The notes under the pieces were generated by a model, which saw nothing but the letters and a program-made list of their open reading frames with translations, did no database searches and was not told the origin of the DNA. From Paraphysomonas bandaiensis (Eukaryota; Protista; Chrysophyceae): 64,000 bases of DNA. The DNA is taken from assembly GCA_965644295.1 (NCBI GenBank), contig CBFFRP010000119.1, forward strand, positions 62,001-126,000, read 5' to 3'. The position numbers and the translations under genes are program-made. Position 1 is the first letter of the stretch, and each line of letters starts with the position of its first letter. This document shows positions 27,071 to 38,700 of the stretch, one piece after another.

Positions 27071-27409
27071 TTGATCGAGAGGGAGTTGTGTGTGTGTGTA
27101 TCTGCTGCGCATACAGTAGCATACAGCATACCATACCCACATCAGAAAGAGGTATACTCTGTACTCGCTAATCTGTATTCCACACACATACTGCAGTTGC
27201 TGTGTGCCAATAACCGCACACATGATGTGCCTGTTATTCGTATCTTTCTGTGAGAAATACAGAGTATTCAGCGGTATTATAGTGTCAACAATTATATGCA
27301 TTCATGTGAGTGGAGCGTCTGCACACATACACACAGCTGTCGCACACTCACTGCAGTGAATGTATTGCAGCATCAACTCTTCGACGATAGGCCTATGAGC
27401 CTCTGCTTT

Positions 27410-28013
27410 CTAGTTGGCAGTAGCCATATTGTATCCTTCCAGAGTGAGTTGACAGCGTGTCGATAGCCCCCAATCGCTCAGACGGCTTTTGAAGTACGAG
27501 CCGGCGAGATGTTTATGTTTGCTTGCTGCAGTTGTGTCTGTACTTTCTTCGTCCACAATATAGTCACATCCGTTATCACTGTTCCGATAACGCAATGAAC
27601 GTGTCATTTCGATTGGTACTGCAGTACTGCCAGAAACAGAGCGCTTCAATGAGGAGGCTGGCAGATACACACCGACCCCGGTATTCACCTTCTCTTTATG
27701 TGTCAGATAAGAGATTCTCTTATTCAAGCAGAGAACCGGTTTACTATGTCGTGTACGCCCCTTTGGTTTGGTGAATTGGCGCAGCAGAATACTCTCTGAG
27801 CGTTTTCGATCGTTTTCCCTTTCTTCTTCCTTCTTGTATCGATATATCAGTGATGTATAATATATAATGGTTATGCAGTAAGTATACATATATCATTCCA
27901 CCCAGCACACAACTAAGTTTCGCTAATACGCCTGTATCAAGTAGAGCTCTGATATGTCCTACCCCGAGTATTATATATGATATGAATGTTGTTAGAAAAG
28001 TAGCTCCAAACAC
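27410..28013 (-). other. Possible gene or gene fragment (hydrophobic exon plus charged exon)
   Basis: Overlapping ORFs 27744-28013 and 27410-27889; no motif recognised and no clear start. Confidence 0.25.
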
Positions 28014-28149
28014 TTTACATATACAACCTCAATGTGAGGAAAATACCTGGCTACCGTAGATGTTTGTGAGTGAAACCTCATCCGTGAGGTTATTAGAGGG
28101 GATAAACAAGTGCGTCACCTAGAGTTAGTATCCACTATCCGCTTTACAA

Positions 28150-28945
28150 AAAAACAGTTTCATTATTAATGATCCGAATTTTGAGAATGGAATTCCAAAA
28201 CTCCAAGCAGGCGAAGAGTTTGAGTTGACAAGATCTGAGAAAGATGCTGTTAGAATATATCTCCGTTCGGACAGTGATCATTGCAACAATACAGAGGATG
28301 ATGAAGCTAAAGTTGGCTATGCGGAAAAAATTCTTCAATTAGCGCAGAAACTTAAGAAACGGAAAGTTGAAATATCTAAGTACAGGTGCACGAGTCACGT
28401 AGCATGTAGTGTGTTCTCCCACTACATGTGAACGCCTGTTCAGCACAGTAAAACTGATTATATCACTTAATATGCTACTACACTTAATATGCTGTTGTTT
28501 CTGAAAGCTAACCGACAGTTGTGGCCGGGTGTAAGCATATTTCAATTAATATTGGATGAATATGGTGATGATGAGTATGAGGAAACTTTTAATTATTTAA
28601 TTGGTTTGATTATCAAGTAGTGACCTTAGACCTTATAATGAGAAGTACTAAAAATGGAAACTACGGATGTGTTTACTTACTGATTAGTCATACTAATATA
28701 TTGCAATAGTATTGTAGGGCCGGTTTAATAAGTCCACCAATACTATTGATAGAACGCAATCTAACAATAGTATTTTTTCCTATTTCTGTTTGAAACAGAT
28801 GAGGTGACAATATCAGGGGCCAGTCCACAATATATTGCAATATAATGCCAACAGAAATAAAAAATAATAAAAATATTTTCAAGACCAATAATAATTATTA
28901 GATATGCTACAACATATATTGCAATATATTGATATATATTGGGCA
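28150..28945 (+). pseudogene. Degenerate hAT-like transposase C-terminus plus AT-rich subterminal repeats
   Basis: DPNFENGIPKLQAGEEFELTRSEKDAV..SKYRCTSHV, then frameshifted TTCERLFSTVK (hAT dimerisation-type ERLFS); AATATATTGCAATA repeats like those in the 61933-63694 element. Confidence 0.6.
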
Positions 28946-29066
28946 TTAAGAAGAAGAAATCAGCTCGATCGGCAGTAACTACTTAGTAGAGGTTACAACA
29001 CAGTGATGAATACCCAATAACAATGCCAATACTCTAAGTGTTCCAACTCTTCGTCACTGTTGTCCT

Positions 29067-29419
29067 TGTTAGAATTGGACATTTCACAGAAGTTAACTTT
29101 GCTCTACACTTAAACCTTAATCTTGCTATGTTGAACACAATGCATTTTCAAGTAAGAAATTATAATTATTATTCTGAACACTTCACTACATATTCGTGTA
29201 ACATATATATGTTGAAACATCTGTTCTCAGCAACATCTGTTTATCACATGTTCATCAGTCAATTCTATATCTTGTATAGTCACACATCAGTAACTGATTT
29301 TAATTCCTTTGTACCACCTATAATCACCCGTTACACCTATGCGTTGACTTCACCTATTGTACACTATTAACTCACTTCAATTGCACAATATATATCACAT
29401 CATATTGCAGAACTCAACA
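29067..29419 (-). mobile_element. Solo LTR, diverged relative of the Copia-3 LTR
   Basis: TGTTAG...CTCAACA, colinear with 30347-30698 with many substitutions; flanks GTCCT / GATCG give no TSD. Confidence 0.85.
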
Positions 29420-31805
29420 GATCGGGCAGTCCATCATCGATGCACTGTCTTTTTGCGTCCACAAGTGCTTGTTGAAGCAAAAAGGAACAGCAGCAGTTTG
29501 AGGCATCATCGTGAGGTTAATTCTTATCGCAAGTGTGTCATGAATGATAATCAAACTGCTTAAATTGATGCTGTCATCCTCATACAAATATGCTTTTCTT
29601 ATAATCTGTAACAGAATGCCAGTCTAAACAGTCAAAAAGCAAGTGCCAGTAAAATGATCACCATATCCGCCCAAACTATAACACTAAACTATCGCTGTGC
29701 AGTATACGGTCCAAACTATTCGGCCGTCATCTCTTTCATATTTATTACTGATCAGGCGAAGAAACCGTTGTTTGCTACTATTACTTTGATTCACCATCTC
29801 TGCTCATGATGAGTTTGATGGATTCATTCCTCTGATTTCATTGTTTCATTAAGTAAACATTTTTTGTAAACGTGGAAATTTTGCAAAGTTTTAGGAAAAA
29901 CTTGGGGATTTTACAGTATTCATGTAGAAGCGTTTATGTACGACCGTAGTGTTATTGTTAAGCAACGAAAAATACCAGTGTGTAACAGAAGTTGACATTA
30001 TTTATTTGCTAAGGTTTGCTATTTTCAATTGAAAAGATGAAATTATAAACACTACATTCATGATAAACAAAACCGAAGTTGTATTCGATTTACAACTCTA
30101 TAGTGTACAAACCACACACTCACCAACTTCTACTTCAGTTTCATACTACACAATATAATGTACTAATTACATATATATATATATCTTTTGATTTTTATAT
30201 CTAATACTGCACTCAATTGCATATATTATAGAATCTTCAGATCTCAACAGTGTGGTGTGGCACATACAGAGTATGTTTTAAACGAAGCAAATAATAAATC
30301 TTTTTCCCTGTCACAGATTCCCACCTCTCCGTAGCTCCGTAGATGCTGTTAACAATGGACATTTCACTGAAGTTAACTTTGCTCTACGCGTAAACCGTAA
30401 CCTTGCTGTTGAACACAATGCACTTTCAAGTAAGAAATTATGATTATTATTCTGAACACTTCACTACATATTCGTGTAACATATGTTGAAACATCTGTTC
30501 TTATAGCAACATCTGTTTATCATATGTTCATCAGTCAGTTCTATATCTTGTATAGTCACACATCAGTAACTGAATTTAATTCCTTTGTAACTACTATAAT
30601 CACCCGTTACACCTATGAGTTGACTTTACCTATAATTGCACACTGTTAACTCACTTCAATTGCACAATATATATCACATCATATTGCAGAACTCAACACT
30701 CCCACTCAATTGGATGTAGTTAACCATTCTAAAATTTGTGAAGAACATTGCTATCGGATACGCAACCACCGAACCTCATAGGACACTGGTGGACGTATGA
30801 CTCCGCTGGTATATAGCTAGCTCCCACCATTCATTCACCTCTATCTAGTTACGACGAACTCTCTTTTACTCCTACTCCTCAAGAACATCACAACACCCTG
30901 CAACGTCATCACTGCCCACAGAAACGTGTTTATTCTATAAACTGAATACACACAGCAACCTAGGAGCAACGTATAACCGCATACTAATAGTACACCACAT
31001 CCTACGTTTTACTTTCTACCTAAATTCCCTTACAAAAACAATATACCGCCACTTTGGTGCATTTTAGCATTCAAGAACCCAAAATCCCTAATATCCAGGT
31101 TAATACGTAAATACAACCCTGCATACCAGGTATTGCATATCACAATTGATTCCCCACTGAGCCTGGTATGAACACTCGTGCACCTCGAGTATATAAAATC
31201 CATTCTCCGTTGATGTGATATGTACTTGCCCCCCTATAGGGTAGTATGGGTAATGCCAGTACGTATTCCTATGGAAGTATACACTGCAACTGCTACACTG
31301 GAATACTGACCCACATAACTTTATTATAAATTTGTGGCAGGTTTCACATTGCGTGAAGTCACCATCAGCAGATCATAGTGTACATCATCATCGGCAGATA
31401 AAGTGGACATCACACCTGAACGTTGATTCCGTGTGTAGGTACATCATAGCTCATTACCCCATCTTAATGAGTATAACATAGAATATGCATCCTAGACATG
31501 GTATAGGGTCCTGATGATATAATGTTCTTGATATAGATTCCTAAACAAATATCACAGGGTCCTGAATGGGCAATGCATGCAGTTTTGGTACTATAGCCAC
31601 GTAGATAGGGCATAGGAAATGCCACGTGGTCACACTGCCTCCCCCCCTCGTTTTTGTGAGAAATCCATGGTCGCACACATGTCAATGGGACTAGGTTTGA
31701 AATAGCCATCAATACGAACCACCATGGAGTATTATTATCATATTATAGATGTAATTCGGAGAATACTTAAAAATTTCACATCGTAAATTGTAGAGTAGGA
31801 ACACT

Positions 31806-34800
31806 TTATACCGACTGATTAACTTGTGGAAATTTGCTGGCAAATTCCTCGTCTACCAAGACCATTGTAGAAGAATCAAATTCTTTATGGGCAAAACAAT
31901 GGATATGGTAATTATCAAGTCGGAAAGTTTGTTTAGTCATCACATTTTTAGTTGAGAGTATCCGTTTGGAACTTTTATGATACCAATGTGTGAAGACAAA
32001 ACGTGCAACATAAGTAATAAAATGAGAGTCCGGTAACTCCAGGCTTTCATACCACAGGTCCCCGAAAACTCTTAAGTCAACATAAGCCTCATCACCTGGC
32101 TGAAAACTAGTGATAGGCTGCTTACGGATTTTTGCAATATATTCCTTTGCCTCTTTAACCGGATAAATAAGATGATATAAATATCTTTTCCTAGAACAGA
32201 AATCGGCATATGGAATAGAGTCAAAAATATCCTTACTGAATGGAATGTCACGAACATCACCATCCTGAAATTTCACAGTAAAAACTAGAGAGGTTCTGGT
32301 GTCTCTATCACCTCTGTAGTATAGAATTGTGTCAATCACATGCTGTTCATGGTCTCTACAAGCCATGTTATACGCTGTGTCTTGATCACCCGCAAAAAGT
32401 TTAACCTCCCGCACATCGACTTTCACAACTTGTCCTGTCACCAAATGTCTGCAATCAATGTCATTTTTATATTGAGATATGACTTTGAAAGGACCCATAT
32501 AACGGTGAGACATCTTAGGATGGACTTTAGCACCCTTGTCAAACAAAACAAGATCTCCCGGCTGATATCTGTTCTGCTTGTCGGCCGGTATACCTTGGCT
32601 AGCCCGCTCTTGCACAAGACGCTGTTGATAAGCATGCGAAGCTGCCCTGAGCTCACGTAGGTTATCATTAAAACGTTTAAGTCGTGCATGCGCATCCTGG
32701 GAAACAGAGTCGGTGTCCACGTTAAAATAACGCTTATCCTCCGATCCAAAAGTCAACTCGAATGGTGAGAATCCCGTCTCAGATGACACTTCAGAGTTAA
32801 GAATGTGTTGGACACTGGCGATCCAGCTAGGATCTTCAAACACATCTGTGCGCTCTTGACGCTCGCTAGCATCATATACTAGAGCTCGTAGGTGACGAAC
32901 TACCTCACCTATGGTACGTTCTGAGCCATTCGCATGCCGGTTGGCTATACTAAACGTATGGCGCATTCCCATGTATTCCGTTAGCTGCTGGAATAGATCC
33001 GAAGTTAAATCCGGACCCTGGTCTGAAATCACGACGTCAGTGTGACCGTAATAGGACCAATACTTCCAAACAGTATTCGCTAAATTCAAAGCCGTTACTC
33101 CTTTAACTGGTTCCAGAAAAACGAGCTTTGTGTGGAGGTTCACTATCACATTGATATGCGTGTAACCGTCCTTGCCATGTGGAGTAATCTCCACTGCATC
33201 AATAGGTGGTTTTAGGTTGCGCACTATGGGAATAAGTGCTTCCTTCATGGCTAACCGGGTTTTCACGCAAGTTGGACAGTTGGATATATATTCTGCTACC
33301 ACCTGATATGGTATTCCATGCCCTGGAAAACGTTTATTGAGACGAATCCAAGTAGCTTTCCCTCCAAGATGACCCACGCGAGAGTTGTGTACCTCACGCA
33401 AGCATTCTTCACGAGATATATTCATGGAAGGTTGTTCTTGGTCACTGAGATCCAACGGGTCCATAAAATTTCCTAGGAATGAGAAATACTCAGAATCCTG
33501 ACAGTCCTCTCCCAGAAAATAGGCATCATCCCACATAGAATCATCCAAGAACATGCCCGACAAATAGGCCAGTTGGTGTTCCCTGGATAACCAGTCTGCT
33601 AACCAATTCTGTGCTCCAGAAATATGTCGGATTTTAAAATTGAATGATTGCAAGAATATTCTCCATCTAACAATTTTTGGTACCTCTGACGCTTCCATCC
33701 AGAGCAAATTGTTATGGTCTGTTTCTATTGTAAACTGCTTTCCAACTAAGTAATACGCTAGCTGTTTAACCGAATAGTAGATACCGTAGCCCTCCTGCTC
33801 TATAGTAGCCCATTTCATTGCTTGCTCTGAAAACTTTTTAGAGATAAAGGCAATAGGTTGCAATTGAGCTTCTCCTGACGGTAATACCTTCCGTTGTAGT
33901 AGTACAGAACCTATACCTAGCTCACTTGCATCAGTCCGTAAAATCCACTCTAACTCATAATCAGGGTAGAAGAGCTCACACGCATCTTGTAAACCTTTTA
34001 TGAAACGTTTGTACTCAGCTTCATAATCATGACGCCAAGTAGATTTATTCCAATTGAAAGATTTCTTAGTGAGGTCCGTTAAATGACCTACTAAGTCAGA
34101 ATACTTTGGCGTGAAGCTGGAAAAGAAAACTCCCTTGCCTAGCAGAGATCTAGCTTGTTTAGTCGATGATGGCATGGGTATGTTTGCCAAGGCTTCCTTT
34201 TTATCCGGACACACTTCATACGATTTGTGTTTGCACACATATCCAAAAAAATTAACTTTCTTAAAACCAAGCCAGCTCTTAGCCATTTTCAACTTTATGT
34301 TTCTCTCCAGACATCTGTCAATAACTCGTTCCAACTTTTCATAAGCATCCTGGGGATCGTTGGCTAGTATTAGCATATTATCAAAGATAACGATAGCCCA
34401 GTCTGAAAAGTCGGCAAATATCTCCCGAACAACCTCTTGCAGAACACCAGTAGCAGGAGCTATACCCTCTGGCATGAAATTAGGTGCAAACTGTCCCCAT
34501 GGCGTTTGAATGGACAATTTCTCGGAAGTTTCCTCATCTAAAGGTATTTGATGAAACGCATTTGTAAGATCTATATCCAAATAATATGGAAAATTAATGA
34601 TCTTGTCAAGTTCATGTTTGACATTGGGAATAGTGTAGTTTCCCACATGCATGTGATCATTTATCTTAACGTAATCCCCACAAAATCGAATATAAGGAGG
34701 TGTAGCCTTGGGCGCTACTACAAGACAAGAAGCCCATGGCGATCTACTCTTCCGGTAAAAATACCCACACAAACGACGAAATTCTTTCTCTGAGGCTTCC

Positions 34801-35774
34801 CATAGTTTTGGATTAATAGGCCTCGCCTTGGGTTTGATCCGATCCGGAAGTGTATCTTTCCACTTAATTTTTAAAGGTTCAACACCTTTTACACCAGACC
34901 ACTCATCTGGTACAAAGACTTTAACCGCTTTAGTTCGTAGGAGATGCATCACATTTGTTTGTTCCTTCATCTCGCTACTAACATGGGTCTCCAACAACTG
35001 TTCATAGTCTTTTAAAGCTTCCGCTCTAGTCTTTCCTAAGAATACCAAAGCTTCTTTAAATTGAACCGGCAATTCGGAATCCTCTTCTTCCGGTGCAATT
35101 TGAGTACTCGCTTTAGACCATGGTTCCACTATTTGTCCATGCTCTAAACCAGACAAATCATCATGAGTCGAAATCTTCTTGGCATCTGTTTCTATCTCAT
35201 AAGATGTTTGTTCAAAAGCATGCCTCATCAGTTCACACATAAAGGGATATAAAGTACCAGTAAGTGCCGGCAATCCAAGTATGACATCATTATGTTTCAT
35301 GTCAATAATTAGGAAATCCCCTTTGAACTGATACTGTTTTCCATAAGGGTCAGCCAACAAAAGATTGAGTCTGACTCCTTGTGTGACTGTTTTTATAGTA
35401 GTACTATCCGCCAATACTACTCTATGATTCGCATCGTATAAAAATTCGGGGTTTAGCTCTGGCATTAAACTCTCAACCAGACCCCTAGACACATAGTTGG
35501 CTGAAAGCGCTCCCGTATCGCAAAGTACGGTGATCAATTTTTCCGAATTCTCTCTCAAATTATTGTTCATTATTAGCTTAGCTACAGTATGTGCTGATGT
35601 CATTTTTCGCGTATTAGGAAAGCAAGCATACAGCTTAGCTTGCCCCTCGGTTTGCACAGAACACAATGCCGCCGTGAATGTAGACTCTTCAAATTGTAAG
35701 CAACAATCGTCATCCCCGTCACACCCATTAACTACACTGACATCCTGCGCTCCCCGCACGCAATGGTCCTTCCA
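31806..35774 (-). CDS. Gypsy-A pol (PR-RT-RH-IN-chromo-like)
   Basis: LCDTGA protease; RFCGDY, DLTNAFHQI, IFDN RT; TDASELGIG/ETDH RNase H; HHCC and SDQG integrase; chromo-like HVIDTILYYRG..FTVKFQDG. Confidence 0.93.
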   Translation of the reverse strand, partial: WKDHCVRGAQDVSVVNGCDGDDDCCLQFEESTFTAALCSVQTEGQAKLYACFPNTRKMTSAHTVAKLIMNNNLRENSEKLITVLCDTGALSANYVSRGLVESLMPELNPEFLYDANHRVVLADSTTIKTVTQGVRLNLLLADPYGKQYQFKGDFLIIDMKHNDVILGLPALTGTLYPFMCELMRHAFEQTSYEIETDAKKISTHDDLSGLEHGQIVEPWSKASTQIAPEEEDSELPVQFKEALVFLGKTRAEALKDYEQLLETHVSSEMKEQTNVMHLLRTKAVKVFVPDEWSGVKGVEPLKIKWKDTLPDRIKPKARPINPKLWEASEKEFRRLCGYFYRKSRSPWASCLVVAPKATPPYIRFCGDYVKINDHMHVGNYTIPNVKHELDKIINFPYYLDIDLTNAFHQIPLDEETSEKLSIQTPWGQFAPNFMPEGIAPATGVLQEVVREIFADFSDWAIVIFDNMLILANDPQDAYEKLERVIDRCLERNIKLKMAKSWLGFKKVNFFGYVCKHKSYEVCPDKKEALANIPMPSSTKQARSLLGKGVFFSSFTPKYSDLVGHLTDLTKKSFNWNKSTWRHDYEAEYKRFIKGLQDACELFYPDYELEWILRTDASELGIGSVLLQRKVLPSGEAQLQPIAFISKKFSEQAMKWATIEQEGYGIYYSVKQLAYYLVGKQFTIETDHNNLLWMEASEVPKIVRWRIFLQSFNFKIRHISGAQNWLADWLSREHQLAYLSGMFLDDSMWDDAYFLGEDCQDSEYFSFLGNFMDPLDLSDQEQPSMNISREECLREVHNSRVGHLGGKATWIRLNKRFPGHGIPYQVVAEYISNCPTCVKTRLAMKEALIPIVRNLKPPIDAVEITPHGKDGYTHINVIVNLHTKLVFLEPVKGVTALNLANTVWKYWSYYGHTDVVISDQGPDLTSDLFQQLTEYMGMRHTFSIANRHANGSERTIGEVVRHLRALVYDASERQERTDVFEDPSWIASVQHILNSEVSSETGFSPFELTFGSEDKRYFNVDTDSVSQDAHARLKRFNDNLRELRAASHAYQQRLVQERASQGIPADKQNRYQPGDLVLFDKGAKVHPKMSHRYMGPFKVISQYKNDIDCRHLVTGQVVKVDVREVKLFAGDQDTAYNMACRDHEQHVIDTILYYRGDRDTRTSLVFTVKFQDGDVRDIPFSKDIFDSIPYADFCSRKRYLYHLIYPVKEAKEYIAKIRKQPITSFQPGDEAYVDLRVFGDLWYESLELPDSHFITYVARFVFTHWYHKSSKRILSTKNVMTKQTFRLDNYHIHCFAHKEFDSSTMVLVDEEFASKFPQVNQSV

Positions 35775-38700
35775 TCAAGGTCGGGAATCACCGAAGCGAT
35801 CCCTTCTCAAGATAGAAGTTGGATTGGATCTACCAGTGGAACCATCCTCAGCTTTCAGGAAAGCATTGAGCTTATCCCTCATCTCAACAGCCGAGGTTCT
35901 CAAGCACTGAGAATTGTGGTTGTATTTGCACTGTGGCTTGTTGCATTTCCCGTACAACATCTGCCTCAGGCAACCGAATTTCTCAACTCTCGAACTCGTA
36001 TCACCAGCAGGTTTATCCTGAGAAGAAGCCATAAAAGAAACCTCTTGCTCATTAACAACTGCTGTGGGATCAGGTTCCAGATCCTGCGATGATGTAACGT
36101 CCTTGGCTGAGCCACGACGTAAATCAATGTTACCCTCTTCATCATCTGAAGAACTAGGGTATTCGAGATTTATCTGCTCCGGACCTCGATCAAAATCCGA
36201 ATCATCAGAAACATATCCATCAATGTGAGTGAGAGCATGTGAATCTCTGTTATTCCGATGATCATAGTCCTTGTAAGAAGTAGACCGCATCGGAGACGGA
36301 TGTTTCTCATTATTCTTGGAAAACAAATCCCTTTTCCGTTTGTTGTACTCATCAAGTTTGTTTTTAGCCTCAATGTTAGCCTCAAACGGTAACTGACGAG
36401 CTGCTAAGCAAATCTGATAATGATCTACTAAAATAGCCGTAAATTCATCGAAGAACTCGTTCATCGTGTCAAACTGTAGTTTATTCATGCACCCAAAGAC
36501 ATAACGAACATAATCCCTATCGTTCAAGTTTTTGAATAGTCTTACGAGCCCATATTCTTTGTCATCTACTCTTGGACACCAATCCTTATTAAACTCCAAC
36601 ATAATGGATAACATGGTTCGAAACAAATCAATAAGTTTCAACTGTTGGAAGTAAAACTGTTCGAACGTGACAGTTGTCACTTTCCTCCACTCCATAATCT
36701 TTATGTGTCTAAGAGAATCTCGTAGCTCCTCATAGAATCCCACACAATTAAAAACCCGAGTTTCTTTGGCTATTACACGCAGTAAGTCGGACAAATCCAT
36801 CTCTGAAATCTCCGCATGACCGAGATGATATACTTCTCTTAGATGATCTCTTAATTCTCCAGAAACAACCTTTTGTAGACGCACAGTGGTCTGTTCCTCT
36901 TCTTGAAAATCCAAGATTTGTTTGACAGCTCTAGCCACTTTAGAAAGCTTAAGTTCATTGATACGAATATAACAACACCCGGTTTGATAACCAGGGTGTT
37001 GGCTCGTAAACAATAAAACTACAATAACACCTACACTGAACCAACAAAGAACAGTAATAACGGTATTATTATTAAAACACTTTTCCAAGTCTAGACCTAA
37101 ACTTAGTTAGTGACTCCCGCAAAGAGCCACCGCGCAATGGTATACCGCCGGCACCCAAGATCACTAGCACCAAGCTTTGGTCTAACTTAAAACAAGTGAT
37201 AAACACCATAGAAGCATATATGCACACACACACACTCCTAACATGGTACAACACACGTGGTGTCATCACACCACCACAGGTTGCGTAACTCTTCAATCAA
37301 AACTGAAAAATACACAGCAACCTGATAGGGAGTGACTCACCAGCATATGCCGAGAGTACACCGTATACTACGTATCTATACCCTACCAGAGACTGAAAAC
37401 CCCCTAATCCAGGAAATACATAAATACGGTACGTATAGTACGTATAGTACGCACACCACATTTGCAATCGAACCCCAATAAGCCTTGCATAAACACTCGT
37501 GCACCTCAAGTGTACAATAGCGACTTCTCTCTTATGATGGTCACATGTACTTGCCCCCCTATAGGGTAGTACGGGTAATACATGTATGTATGTATATGGA
37601 AGTATATACTGCAACTGCTATACAGGAATACGGGCCCACATAACTTTGATATAAATTTGCAGCAGGTTTCACATCGACCGAAGTCACCAGCAGCAGATCA
37701 TAGTCGTACATCATCATCAGCAGATAAAATTGGACATCATACCCGAACGTTGGCTCAATATGTAGGTACACTGTGGTACATTACCAATGTCCAAATGGTG
37801 TTGCATAATATGTATCCTGAACACAATGAAGGTCCTAAAGCAATATATAGGGTCCTGATATAGGGTCCTAAACCAACATAGGGTCCTAAAAGTCAATGTA
37901 ACCATGCATGTGACTCAATAGCGTGATACTATAGCCACGTAGATAGGGCATGGGAAATGCCACGTGGTCACACTGCCTCCTCCCCCGTTTTGGTTGTCTA
38001 CAGAATAGCATGCCTCCGGTATTCACAAATGCCAACGGGACTAGGTGTTACGTAGCCGTCAAAACGAAAATCCCCGGAGAATTATAAGTTATATAATAAT
38101 AATTTGATATGGAATAGAATTGAGAGAGCAATAAGAATAATATGTGTCTAGCGTGGAACTTAATAAGACGCACGGACCTGAGGATATTTGTTGGCAAAAT
38201 CCTCGTCCACGAGTACCATTGTGCTAGCATTCACCTCGGAATGAACAAAGCAATGCACTAGGTAATTATCATAACGGTAGGTACGGAGAGTGAGAAGATC
38301 CTTCACCGATAAAACCCGCTTAGAGCTCTTGTGATACCAGTGTGTGAACTGGATAGGAGCTACATAAGTAATGAGATGAGAATCTGGTAATTCCAACTCA
38401 TCGTACCAAGCATCACCATAAATTCGCAAATCAACATAGGCTAGATCACCAGGTTGAAACTGAGTGATCGGTTGCCGGCGGAAATCCGCGATGTATTTCT
38501 TTGCATAGTCAGCAGTATAAATAAGATGGTAAAGATATCGTTTTCGAGAACAAAATTCAGCATAAGGAACAGAATCAAAAATATCCTTGCTGTAAGGAAC
38601 TTCTCGGACATCTCCATCTTGAAAACGCACAGTGAAAACCATGGTAGATCGAACCTCTCTATCACCACGATAATAAAGAATTTCATCAATAACATGTTGA

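Noticed and set aside
10134-35777. UGA reassignment suggested by two in-frame TGAs
   Set aside because: Host genes (hydrolase, DCAF8-like, M16B) end normally at TGA and use TGG for Trp.
35775-37088. 437-aa ORF with a hydrophobic N-terminus as an env-like gene
   Set aside because: It is a chance fusion of Gypsy-B LTR sequence to the Gypsy-A gag C-terminal half; likewise ORFs 44606-45715 and 42721-43398 run into LTRs.
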